Shown here: positions 1 through 11,920 of the stretch, one piece after another
Layout of the letters: every line of letters begins with the position of its first letter
Numbering within the stretch: position 1 is the first letter of the stretch
DNA from: Lama guanicoe
Taxonomy: Eukaryota
Direction: 5' to 3'
Length of the DNA stretch: 64,000 bases
NCBI GenBank assembly: GCA_013239625.1
Contig: MU053472.1
Coordinates: forward strand, 1,691,236 to 1,755,235
The notes under the pieces: generated by a model
What the model saw: the letters and a program-made list of their open reading frames with translations, nothing else
Databases searched by the model: none
Told to the model about the DNA's origin: nothing
Position numbers and translations under genes: made by a program

Positions 1-478
1 GTCTCCAAGAGATATTTACACACCTGTGTTCATTGTAACATTATTCACAGTACTCAGAGGGTGGAAGCAATTTAAATGTCCATCTCTAGATGAATGGATA
101 AAGAAAAAGGTGGTATATCCATAGAATGTAATAATATTACACAGCCTTAAAAAAGAAGGAAATCATATGTTACAATGTGGTTGAACCTTGAGGATGTTAT
201 GCTAAGGGAAATAAGCCAGTCACAGAAGTACAAATGCTAAATACTTTGTTTTATTTTGAATATCTAAAATAGTCAAAATCATAGAAACAGAAAGTAGACA
301 GGTGGTTACCAAGGGTGGTAGGAGAGAGGAGGAAGAATTAGAGTTTAGTATGTATAGAGTTTTAGTTTTGCAAGATAAAAAAGTTCTAGAAATCTCTTAC
401 ACAACAATGTTAATATACTTAATATTAATGTACTAAACTGAATACTTAAAAATCATTAAAATGGTAATTTAAAAAGAT
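1..478 (+). mobile_element. Old L1 (L1MA/MB-like) ORF2 end and 3'UTR
   Basis: Typical motifs: gatgaatggataaagaaaa, aaccttgaggatgttatgctaag, aatagtcaaaatcatagaaacagaaagtaga; A-rich end. Confidence 0.85.
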
Positions 479-1417
479 ATACACACAAAAATTTTTGAAA
501 AGTCTGTAGCTTGACTGAATTGCAGGTTTTAGCCAGAATAATAAGGCAAGAAAATGAAAGCATTAAGATAGGAAAGGATGACAAATCAGACATTTCTATA
601 TAATGGATTATTGTAAAGGTTATAGTACTGTATAAAATCATTAAATTGTAAACTTTTTAAAATAAAATAAGCAACTTTTATAACATGTAAATTGTACCTC
701 TGTATAGCTTAAAAGAAAAGTTAACATGGCTGTATAGGACTACTTCTTAGATTATTTCAAATTAAATTAATCATGTCAGAATATCATGATCCAGTATCCG
801 TATAGTAGGTTTTCCCTTTCAAACATTAGATATGTGAAACTTTTTTGTTTCTTGAGTTAAAGTCTAGGAATCATTGAACAGTACAGTCACAAAGGGCACA
901 TTGTAGGGAATGTAAATTATGTTTCAATATGCTTACAAGAAAATTAAGGGGAATAAATTTGAGATACAAAACTCCTTGTCTAATATATACTTCTGCTTGG
1001 TAATAGCATTTTCAAAGAAGTAATGTGTCCATCTAAAACCTAGGAGCTAAAGACCTCTACTATATGGCTGTTTGTGTTTAACTTGTTATGTTGTTTTTCC
1101 CTGTTTTGTTCCAATCATGGGCAAGAATTTTTCAGCAGGCCATGACACAATAAAAACTCTTAGATAAAGCTCTCCATAGCTGATTTTATGTTTTTCGTTT
1201 TTTTCTGAACCTACACTTCAAGAAATTATTGTCTCTGTCATTTACAGTCAAGCCACACAATCTGCTGGAGGCATATTACATGTTTTTCTTATTCCTTAAG
1301 TGGTATTCTCACTTTATATTGCCAAGAATAATCTTACTCTTGTATGAGGAAGCATGTTATTTGTTCAGGGATGTAGTGGTATAGCTGTGTGTATCTTCAA
1401 GCTCAGTAATCGGTTAA

Positions 1418-1645
<228 letters not shown>

Positions 1646-3058
1646 TAAGTGGTTATTGAATGAGTGAATTTATAATACAAGTTTAGAAACTCCTTTAAAC
1701 ATTAGTTCACTTCTGAATAAAATGGTAATTGAGTAGTTGCAGTAGGTGAATAGCAGTGGTAAACAGTGCTGTTGAGTTGTGTTAGTTTGGTGGGTTTTGT
1801 TTTTCTGATGTTCATAAGGCATTTGTAAAGGGGAGATTTTATAGCAGTGTGGAATGTCCATTTTTTTCTCCAGACTTTTTATTGTGAAAGTTTAAAACAT
1901 AAAAATCGTAATGACCCATGTATGTCACCTTGATTAAACAGGTATTGACATTTTAATATAATGTGTGTGTGTGTATTTTGCTGAACCATTTGAATATAAA
2001 TTACATACGTGATATTTCACTTGCTGCAAAATAAGCATGCATTTTCTAAGAATAAGGACCTTTTAGTACATAATCAAATATATTATATTCAAAAAATTAA
2101 CACATTATATTATTTAATATCCGAGACATAATTTAAAATTTCCCAGTTGTCTCAAAAATCGGTTCTCTAACTGCTTCTATCAAGGTCTGATTAAAGTTCA
2201 CTCTTTACATTTTGTTCTGTCTGTATAGTTCCTGTTAATCCAATGTGTAACTGTGACCTTCCCCTCATCTAAATGGGAGTGTCCAGACCAGTTATCTTGT
2301 CCAAATTCTGCTTTTGTCACACATTTTTTTCATTATGATAATGTTCTCTTTATTCCCTAAAGATGTTTTTAAATACATTCAGGCTGAGGAGTTTTTTTTT
2401 TTGAAACTTCCTAAGTATTGCTGTCTACATCATTTCATCCCAGTAGGAGACACATTATATCAGGTTGTCTTGTAATTTATGACACTGTGTTTGATCACAT
2501 GAATAATTTAGTGACCCGTCAAATGTCTACATATTGAAGGTAGATTGTCTTTTCAAGATTAGCAAGTAATCTGCAGAGTGTTATTTTGGCTTCATTTCTG
2601 AAACAACTTTATACTAAATAATTTTGTTACATTTGAAGGCTATAGAATTGGTGTTTTTTCTAATCCTGTCATGTCTTCTGCATTTATCAACTGCTGTTCT
2701 TCTATTAAAAAAAAAATTTTCTCTCATCAACCAGAAATGAACCACAGTTCTCCTTTATGTAAAAGGCAGGATAAATGCACTATGTTGTCTCTTTAATTAC
2801 CAATTTTCGTAGTTAGGAATTGGTTTAATATTTCTAGTGGTGGAATTTGCAAAATACTTTGCTTCTAAATAAAAGATAATATTGCTCTTTTCCTTTCAGA
2901 GCTGAAATAATCTTCATAGGTTTTACAGTCTTTTCAGCTCTATTCTTGGTTGATGGGTCTGAAGAGACTTCCATTTTTATATTATTCTGCAGAAGCAATC
3001 CTATTCGTTAAAACTGATGGAAAGACCTATCTTTTCCCACTTCTTTTCATCTTTTCAG

Positions 3059-3071
3059 ATGAAAAATGATG
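3059..3071 (+). other. Candidate 13-nt microexon (ATGAAAAATGATG)
   Basis: Branch-like ctgat at about 3014, a roughly 30-nt pyrimidine tract ending cttttcag|, and a strong donor ATG|gtaaga. Confidence 0.35.
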
Positions 3072-3769
3072 GTAAGAGGATAATATAGAGTATTTCAAAT
3101 AATCTTCCTTATAATATCCTAATTAGTCATTTTTGACATAGATGAAGGTTTTGCAGTGATTGTTGATCAGTAAGATTGATTTAATTTATGAAGACAAAAA
3201 TTTATTGAAATGCTCTGAATGTTGTGGAAATTAAGTTTAATTTGAAAAAACAGTCTGGAAGTTCTGTCACTTACAGCACTCCCCTTGGAGGAACCAGCAT
3301 GACTCAGTTTGATAGCCCATCTGTTATGTCAAATCTCCTTTGTTTTAGTGTATAGTTCGTATTGCCGTAGAGTGCTTCAGACATTTGAAGCTGCATTTTT
3401 TCCTGTCTATGACTTTCCATTGTAATAGGAACATCTTATAGAACTTAAAGAATATTGTGGTTCTCTCTATTATTGTCCAGTAGTAACTTCTAGAAAACAA
3501 TAGATTTCTATGATTTCATTATTTTGATCTCTGTTTGCCATTTGATTCCTTTTTTTAATTGAAGTATGGTTGATTTGCAGTTAGTGTGCCATTTGATTTC
3601 TGTTTGAACTCTCAAATTTCTTTTTTATCGATAAGACTAAGATTTTAATTATTTATACCTACTTTTTGTTTTTCTAGAGCATTAATTGTATATAACTCTA
3701 TGATATAACTTATCTTGAAGCAGTAATTTCTTTACATGTTTGTTTTCCTAGTTAAACAACCTCTGTTCC

Positions 3770-4385
3770 ATTTTACTGTCGGGTTCACTCTTGGTGTACA
3801 TTCTCTGGCTTATGACAAATACATGACACGCATCCACCATTACAGTACTGTGCAGAAGAGTTTCACTGCTGTGAAAATCCCTTTTGCTCTGTCAATTCAT
3901 TCAACTTCTCTCAGTACTTGACGATCACTGATTTTTTTTTAAAACTGTTTCCATAGTTTCAGAAGGTCATATGGTTGGAATCTTACAGTATGTAACCATT
4001 TCAGATTGGCGTTTTTCACTTACTAATATGTATTTAAGTTTCCCCTCCTTGTCTTTTCATGCCTTGATTTCTCATTTCTTTTTTGTGCTGATAATATTCT
4101 ATTGTAGGAAGGTACCATACTTTATTTTCCATTTTATATAATATTTGTTGAGGTGTCTATTCATATCTTTTGTCCATTTTAATTGGTTTGTTCATTTTTT
4201 TTATTTTTGAGTTTTAAGAGTTCTTTGTATATTTTGGATACCAGTCCTGTACTAGATATGTATTTTGTAAATATTTTCTCCCAGTCTGTGACTTGTCTTC
4301 TCATCCTTTTGAAATGGTTTTTGAAGATCAAATTATTTAATGTATGAAGTCTGACTTACTTCTTCCATGGATCTTTCCTTTTGTG
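3770..4385 (-). mobile_element. Old L1 (L1MC-like) 3' fragments, antisense
   Basis: gggttcactcttggtgtacattct..., ttcagattggc...tttcactta and ttctttgtatattttggatacc are reverse-complement L1 3' motifs. Confidence 0.7.
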
Positions 4386-4422
4386 TGTATGTAAATTGAC
4401 ATTCTTGTACTGCTGTATCCTT

Positions 4423-4724
4423 TTTTTTTAACTTTTTTTTCTTGAGTTATAATCATTTTACAATGTTGTGTCAAATTCCAGTGTAGAGCACAATTTTTCA
4501 GTTATACATTAACATACGTATATTCATTGTCATTTTTTTTCACTGTGAGCTACCACAAGATCTTGTATATATTTCCCTGTGCTATACAGTATACTCTTGT
4601 TTATCTGTTCTGCATATGCCTGTCAGTATCTACAGATTTTGAACTCACAGTCTGTCCCTTCCCACCCCTCTCCCCCTTGGCAACCACAAGTTTGTATTCT
4701 ATGTCCATGAGTCTGTTTCTGTTT
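4423..4724 (-). mobile_element. Young 5'-truncated cetartiodactyl/camelid L1 3' end with TSD
   Basis: Poly(T) head, ttccctgtgctatacag motif and ggcaaccacaagtttgtattctatgtc. TSD tgctgtatcctt (4411-4422) / tgctgtattctt (4725-4736). Confidence 0.85.
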
Positions 4725-4842
4725 TGCTGTATTCTTAATTCAGTCTCATGCCAAATCTTGTAACTTCTTGGAGAGAGAATAATTTTATAAGAACTGTTTT
4801 ATGAGTTTTAGAATTTCTTACATTTCTCCTTGAATCTAAAAT

Positions 4843-5287
4843 AAGGCTTCTTAACAAGAGTCTGAGATCCGAGAGGTCCATGGATAAAATTCAGAGAGTA
4901 TGTAAACTTAGAAAGGAAAAAAATTACATCTTAATTTTCTTTAATTTCTAATGAAAATTTCTTTCACTTATGATTATATACAATAAAACTGAAAGATTAG
5001 CTTGCGTGTGAATTTATGAGCAACAGAAATGATGGATAATTTCTTTTTTTCCTGATAATTTCTTATCATTTTGACATTACTTATATAATTCTCTAATAAT
5101 GCTTATGGTTTAAAATGCTGGTAGAGCCTGTCTTTTAAGATAACACACACACATATTCTGCCATATATCAATTTTTATAATCCTAAGTATTTTATTTTTT
5201 TAAAAAAATATTATTCTGAAAAAGAGGTTCCTAGGCTTCACCATATTGCTAAAAAGGTTCATGACACCAAAATTTTTAAAAGCCCGT
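4843..5287 (+). mobile_element. hAT-Charlie DNA transposon relic, MER113-like
   Basis: Begins ggcttcttaac...ggtccatggataaaattcag...aaaaaattacatct and ends ttattctga...aggcttcacca...ggttcatgacac. Confidence 0.7.
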
Positions 5288-6334
5288 TTATGCTTAGTAT
5301 GATTTCATCTGTTTCAACCAAACACGTTGGAGGCTAAACTCCATTCACATCTTTTGGCTCAGCCTTGGTGATGCAGTTAGTAACTGTCAGTCCCTACCCA
5401 TGGAGCCTGCTGATGTGATAGGGACTTAAAAAAAAGAAGTAAGGACAGAGTGCTAGGAGATGTGTGTTAACTTGGTCTTTGACTTTCGGGGAAAGTTCTT
5501 CAAAAGGAAGTCAGTTCTAAGCTAGAATCAAAAGATAATTAGCAGAATATAACTTTTAGATCCTCCAGTAACAGCTCAGTTTTTATTTCCGTGGGTCTAT
5601 ATGTATTTCAAAACTTATTTTATATCAACAAGTTTTAACTGACCCTCTAATAATTCTCTATTTGGTTAAAGGCTTTTTCACTGGGTATATAATGTGGCCA
5701 ATAATAATGATAGTGCTTGTTGGAATACTTTTTATAAGTTTAGGGAGATTCACTTAAAAAAATAAGTGAAACAAATCATATAGGAAAAGTTAACTGATTG
5801 TTTTTTGTTTTTAAAGCCGATTTTCTTCCAACTAGTTTACTTGCATATATATTACCGTTAAATTTATTTTTAGAGAGGCATATTTTTAGATGACAGAATT
5901 AAAATGTCATGGACATCAAAATTCAAGAACAAACCAGGAATATTGTCCACCTCCTGAGGAATTTTAAAAACAACGTAAAATGCACACGATGGAATAACAC
6001 TGCAAAGTGAATGAAGGAGAAAATGTAGGTTGTTTGAGCAGCATGCAGTTCGGCTTTGTATGGGACCTATTCAAGGGAGAAATTAAGGGATGCCATTAAA
6101 TAGAGTTGTGAAACTTGTAGTTTAGCAGCTGCATTCAGTTTGCTTTTCAATTTCTCATTCCCATTCTTGTTTATTGGCTGTGACTCTTGAGTCCCGAATT
6201 AAAACAAATATTTTAATGGCAACATTTATGATTTGGTTAGAAGTGCCAGAGAGGCCTCATGCTTAGATCTGGGCAGATTCAGTGTGGGTGGTGTAAGTTT
6301 GTTGCTTTCAATTATTTAGGTACACAGTGAGAAT

Positions 6335-6665
6335 TTTTTTAATTAATAGACTTTATTTTTTAGAGCAGTTTTAGGTCCACAGCAAAATTGGGTGGAAAGT
6401 ACAGAGAACTTTTGTGTATCACCCCTACTCACCCACACACACCCACTCCCCTGTCACCCCTCCGCACACCCCCAACCTCCCACAGTATCCACATTCCAAA
6501 CCACAGTGATGATTTTCTTACAATTGATGAGCCTATATTGACAGGTCATTATCAGAGTCCATGGTTTCCATTAGGGTTCACACTTGTGCTTTCTGTAGGC
6601 TTTGACAAATTAATATTGACATGTAGCCACCAATCTAGTATCATACAAAATAGTTTGACTATGCT
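6335..6665 (-). mobile_element. L1MC/MD-like 3' end, antisense
   Basis: agactttattttttagagcagttttaggtccacagcaaaattg motif. Confidence 0.75.
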
Positions 6666-6937
6666 AAATGTTTTTCATCAAATTTAGGACATCTCAGTCA
6701 TTATTTCTTTCTGCCGCTTCTTCCGTCTTCTTTCCTTTTGGGGCTCCTGTTACTCATAGATTTATCTCCTTGATGCTATCTCACAGGTCTCAGAGGCTCT
6801 GTTCATATCTTTTCATTCTTTTTTTCCCCACACTGGATAATCTCAGTTGATTTCTTCTGCCATTGAAATCTGCTATTTGCCCTTCTGTTTAATTTTTCAT
6901 TTTGATTATTGAACTTTTCAACTCCAGATTTCTTCTT

Positions 6938-7072
6938 CTTTTAGTTTTTTTTGGGGGGTGGGATTAGGTTTATTTATTTGTTTATTTATTCTTACAGGAG
7001 GTACTGGGGATTGAATCCAGGACCTTGTGCGTGTTAAGCATGCACTCTACCACTTGAGCTATACCCGCCCCA
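6938..7072 (-). mobile_element. tRNA(Ala)-derived SINE, camelid Vic-1 type
   Basis: Reverse complement reads gggtatagctcaagtggtagagtgcatgcttaac...ggattcaatccccagtacctcc + (aaat)n + cctaatcccacccccc + A tail, with A and B boxes. Partial TSD atttcttc at 6928 and 7088. Confidence 0.85.
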
Positions 7073-8234
7073 TCCCACCCTGCCCCCATTTCTTCCTTTT
7101 TTTAAAAAAAATTATGTTATGTCTTTATTAATTTCCTCTACTTGGTGAGACATTGTTCTCAAACATTCCTTTAATCTTCTAGATGTGATTTCTCTGCATC
7201 CTTGCCAGCATTTGGTATTCTCATCATTTTCTATTTTATGTATATACTGGATTTAGATCCTCTGTTGGGGAAATGTTTTTTCCCAGTGAGAGGTTTGTCC
7301 TTTTATCTTTTTAATAAGATCTTTTGCAGAGCAAAATTCTTTGCTTTTTGTCCAATCTGTTTTTCAAAATCAACTATGTTACTGTGTTTCTTTGTTCATG
7401 CCAAAGAAGTGGTCGCCAGTCTGGGGCCCGAGGATTTTCCTCTATGTAATTTTCTAATAGTATTCTAGTTTTACATTTTGTATTTAAATTTATGAACCAT
7501 TTTGTATTATTTTTTGAATAATGTGTCAGGCTGGGTCATGTCCTCCCTACCCCCACCCTGATTCATTCCTCCTTCATCGTGTTTTCAAAATATCCTCCTC
7601 CTTCCTTCAAAACACTCTCCTTCCATCGAATTATTTTTGCACTTCTCTTAGTAACGTACTTCTGTTGACTATTGCTGGTTTTTCTGATGAAGATGACTCC
7701 TTTTAGAATTCTTTTGTCTGAGAGTATCTATATTTTGCCCATAATTTTGAGGAATATTTCAACTACATATGACAGTTTGGTTTGACTTTTTTTTTTCTTT
7801 CAGTAACTGTCAGCTGTCCTTCATTGTTCACAGTGTTAGGCATTAATAAATCTTACTCCTCTTGATTAGTTGGGTACAGAAGTGTACTTTTTTGGAGGGG
7901 CATATTGTAACCTATGGCATCCGCTCAAGTGGAGCCATTGAAAGTTTTCGAACAGTTGCTGAGTTCTCCTTACCCTTGTCTATCTCAGACTCCTCTTCTT
8001 CCTGCTGTTCTGTTCGAGGTGAGAGCAGCTACTTTAATTTAGGTTTTTTGTATTGAATTTTCAAATAGTATTTTCTGAAACTTTGATTTTGTTCTTCATC
8101 AGTTTGTTTTTCTTATAGAGCAAGAACAATAGCCTCTTTTGATTTTATAAATCCAACCCAAAAGTCTTTTCACTGGTCACTTGAGCATGTATAGTGTTCA
8201 CTGCAGTACTAGGTCTGGAGAGTAACCTGTATAC

Positions 8235-8760
8235 TTGTTATTAGCTCAGGCTGCCAGAACACAATAGCAAAGACTCAGTGGCTTAAACAACAAAAATTAG
8301 TTTTCTTGTAATGACGGAGCCTAGAGGGAAATAGCTCAATGGTAGAGCACATGCTTAGCATGCACAAGGTCCTGGGTTCAATCCCCAGTATCTCCATTAA
8401 AAAAAAGAAAGAAAGAAAGGAAAAAAGGAGCTCTGTACCAGAGGATGAAGACCAAATATATGTTTTTCTTATTATAAATCAAATTTCCAGCTGATTTGGT
8501 TTCCAGTGAGGTCTATCTTCCTGGCTGACAAATGGCCACCATCCTGATGTGTCCTCACATGGCCTTTCCTTGGTGCAACAGAGCAGGGAGAGGGAGCTCT
8601 GGGGTGTCTCTTGATAATGCTATCAAATCAGGGCCTCACCCTTATGACCTCGTTTAAACTCAGAACCCTCTCCCCGCCCCCAATCCACATACAGCCGCAC
8701 GGGGTTTTTAGAGTTTCAGTAGAGGAATTTTAGGGCTATAGAAATGTTTAATCTCTAACA
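8235..8760 (-). mobile_element. MLT1 (MaLR) solo LTR interrupted by a SINE
   Basis: ggcttaaacaac..., tgtcctcacatggcctttcc and agggcctcacccttatgacctc motifs; ends ...taaca. Confidence 0.8.
8324..8426 (+). mobile_element. tRNA(Ala, AGC)-derived SINE, Vic-1 type short form
   Basis: gagggaaatagctcaatggtagagcacatgcttagcatgcacaaggtcctgggttcaatccccagtatctcc followed by an A/GAAA tail. A box tagctcaatgg, B box ggttcaatcc. Confidence 0.85.
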
Positions 8761-9169
8761 GTATGTATGACAATGACTCAGTTACTCTTAGTTTTTAAAA
8801 ATCTTCCTGGATCACAGCCTAGTTCTAGGTTATTTTGTTTAACTATGATTATTGTATCATACTCCATATTTACTTCCATTTTCAGATACTCAAATATGTC
8901 TATATTTTGAATATATATATTCAAATGTTGTCCAAAAGTATTACAGCTTGGTACAAGTTTACTGTTGTCCTGTGTTCTCTGTACCCCACCCCCGCCCCCC
9001 TCCCGCGTGCTGATTTTCAGCTCTTTAAACATCTTACATCATTATACGTCTTCCTGGAGCCCTCTTTTACCTGGCACTTATTTCTTGAATTCCATCTTAA
9101 ATATCCTTTTGGGAAGACTTACTTGATCCTACATAAAATATCGTGTCCCTCCCATCCCCTTCACCTTGT

Positions 9170-9312
9170 CACTTAATAGGGTAAGTTACTTAATCTGCTT
9201 GGATCACTCCCAGTACTTCAGTTTCCTCATCAATAAATTAAGGGCTATAATGGCATCTAAAATAATACCTAAAATATAGTGAGACCTCAATAAATATTAG
9301 CTGTTGTTTCAT
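9170..9312 (+). mobile_element. MIR SINE relic
   Basis: ggtaagttacttaatct...cttcagtttcctcatc...ctcaataaatattagctg core and tail. Confidence 0.7.
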
Positions 9313-10567
9313 TATTATTAACCTCCTCATCCTAGTTTTTAATTTATTTATATCTATCAAGAGTATCCTTTCAACATATTTTCTGTTAGAAGTAAGCTTT
9401 TATTTTTCCCCAAGTGTTAGCCTGGTAATTTTCACATAGCTGATAGTAAGTATACATTGAATAATTATATTAATTGTCTTTTTCTATCATTATAATCATG
9501 GAAAAACTCTGGCAGGGCAGAGATAAGGCATTAATTTAATGTAATTAGTCATTTTTTTGAATAAAACCAACTTATTTCCAATTTGTGATTTGAACAAGAA
9601 TTATTTCCCTCCCTCAATTGTGGGAGTGATCCATGATGCAAATTATATTAAATACAGATGCATGTATCACGTGTAATGAAGGTTGAAATATGTAATAGAT
9701 ATTAATTAAAAATATCTTGTGGAAACTACATCCTATTTATGTGATTATGTATGCTAGATTGGCATGTTTTTAACTATATTGCATTTGACATCAAAGAAGA
9801 TATATATTTATTTTTATTAATTAAACTGGAAATTAGAAACATAAAGAGGAAACTCTCAACTCCCTGTGTAAGCCCGACATTTCTAAAACAAACCTGTTGT
9901 CTTTAATTTGGTAAATAATTGATCTGCTTTCCAGAGGCGTTATTTCTGCCAGCTGAGTAGCCTAGAGCTGTGAAGGGTAACACATCTACATTTTAAATAA
10001 TTACCCTTCCTTGGCAGAGAAATTGCTTTTCCATCCATTAATAAGAGGAAAATGAGCGTTGGGTCTCTAGTAAAGTAGATTAAACATGTACCTCCTTGGA
10101 TGCTTGACTGCATCTTTAACAGACTTGAAGTTTTTCTGGTTACTTAAATGCTGTATATTGAAAGATGATGGTGGTCTTGGGTTAATCATTTAAAAGTTGG
10201 ATTTTTTGTGTGTGTGCACAGTTTTTCTCATCGCAGCAAGTGGTCAGAAAAATACCTTGTCTTGATTTTTGTTAACATCTATAATGACTCATCAATTTAT
10301 AGAATTATGTGGCTTCAGATTTTTCATCTGACAGCTCTGGTTTGTTACTGCTAGTTACTTACACTGTATCAACAGCAATGCAAAGGTCACTTAAAAAGTT
10401 TATTTCCCCTCCCACCTTCCACAAAGGGGATGTTTCCATGACGCTCTTGTTTTTTCATCTTGTAAAATGTCTTTTACTCACGTAATGAATTACTCCTTCA
10501 AGAATTTGTTGTCTTTGCCCTGTGTTCATTGTGGCACTGGGCTTGTATGAGAGTCAGAGGGAACTTT

Positions 10568-10740
10568 GCAGGTTTGACTTGCCATAAAGGACAGTAGGCA
10601 CTATGTTAGGGCCCACAATACTTCTAGGGTCCCACCAAAACGTTCCTTTTAAATACAAAAAATGTATAAACTTTTAAGTTAATGGAATGATACAATATAC
10701 ATTTTAAACCAACAGTAGTAGTCATAAAACATAATTAAGA
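10568..10740 (+). mobile_element. hAT-Tip100 (MER96-like) fragment
   Basis: cagtaggcactatgttagggcccacaatacttctagggtcccac motif. Confidence 0.55.
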
Positions 10741-11737
10741 AGACATACATTGAAATGGTTCAGATAGGTAATCAAACCCAATTTCTAAAGACATTCGGTA
10801 GTTTTCTAATATTTAATACATTCTCAAATATACCCAAAATGAAGTGCTAAGTGATGACCAAATTTTATCCTCCATCTAATCATTTTGTGTTATGTAGTTT
10901 CTGATCTTCCCTGCTAGGACTCTGAATTAAATCTATTTTCAACTAAACACTGTGGAATATATGAATCATGGTGCTTTGACCACTCATTTGTCCAAGCTGC
11001 ACATCTGAGACTTGCTGACCTCTGTTTTGACTCCTCACAGTGTATCTGTATTTTTCAAACATCTCTCTATGGGTGCTATATACTTTAGTTTTTTTGTTTG
11101 TTTGTTTCGATGTGTTGTATTTTCCCCCATAAGGGTAACATTTTAACTTTCCAACCACTCTGTTTATCATCTTATCTTTTCCCTCTCTTCATTCATTTGG
11201 ACAAAACCACCAGTGTTATCTCTTTCCCTCACTCTTGTTATTGTTTTGGTTTGTCTTCATTTTTATTGAACTATAGCTTATATAAAATAGATCACACAAA
11301 TCTTAAGTGTATACTACTGTCCTCAGAGAGAAATTATAACAACAAATATGCTTGCGTGTCTGCGTGCACACACTCACACACACCTGTATAAGCTCTGCTC
11401 AGAAAATTTAAAGGTTCTGTTTCATACATCTGTGAAGTACATCTAATGATGTTCCTTTGGAAATTCTTAAATTTCCCTTTCAAATTATATCTCATAGTCC
11501 TAATACATAAAATACGTTTTCTAAGCAGACTGATCTGCCTCGTATCCTCTTCTTTACTTCTCCTTCCTGTCTTCTACCAAAATTGCTATTAACCTCAGTG
11601 GTTGCCTGGGGTCAGGCAATGGGGAAGAAATGGACTGCACTTGGACACAAGGGAATGTTACGTCTTCTCTATCTTGATTATGATAGTAGTTGCATTGGTA
11701 TATATCCTTGTCATAGTCATCAAACTGTACACTTTAG

Positions 11738-11920
11738 TTTTAAATTTGAAGTACAGTCAGTTTACAGTGTTGTGTCAATTTCTGGTATACAACAATGTTT
11801 TAGTTATCTATACACATCTATTCATTTTCATATTCTTTTTCATTATGGGTTATTACAAGATACTGAATATAGTTCCCTATGCTATGCAGTATAAACTTGT
11901 TTATTTTATATATAGTAGTT
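11738..11920 (-). mobile_element. Cetartiodactyl L1 3' end nested in an older sense L1M 3'UTR (about 11595-12015)
   Basis: tgaagtacagtcagtttacagtgttgtgtcaatttctggt...atagttccctatgctatgcagta. Degenerate duplication aaactgtacacttta / aaactctatacttta on the flanks. Confidence 0.75.

Noticed and set aside
8324..8395. Apparent tRNA-Ala gene
   Set aside because: The acceptor stem is imperfect, an A-rich tail follows, it sits inside an LTR, and a related copy lies at 6938-7072. It is a SINE, not a tRNA gene.
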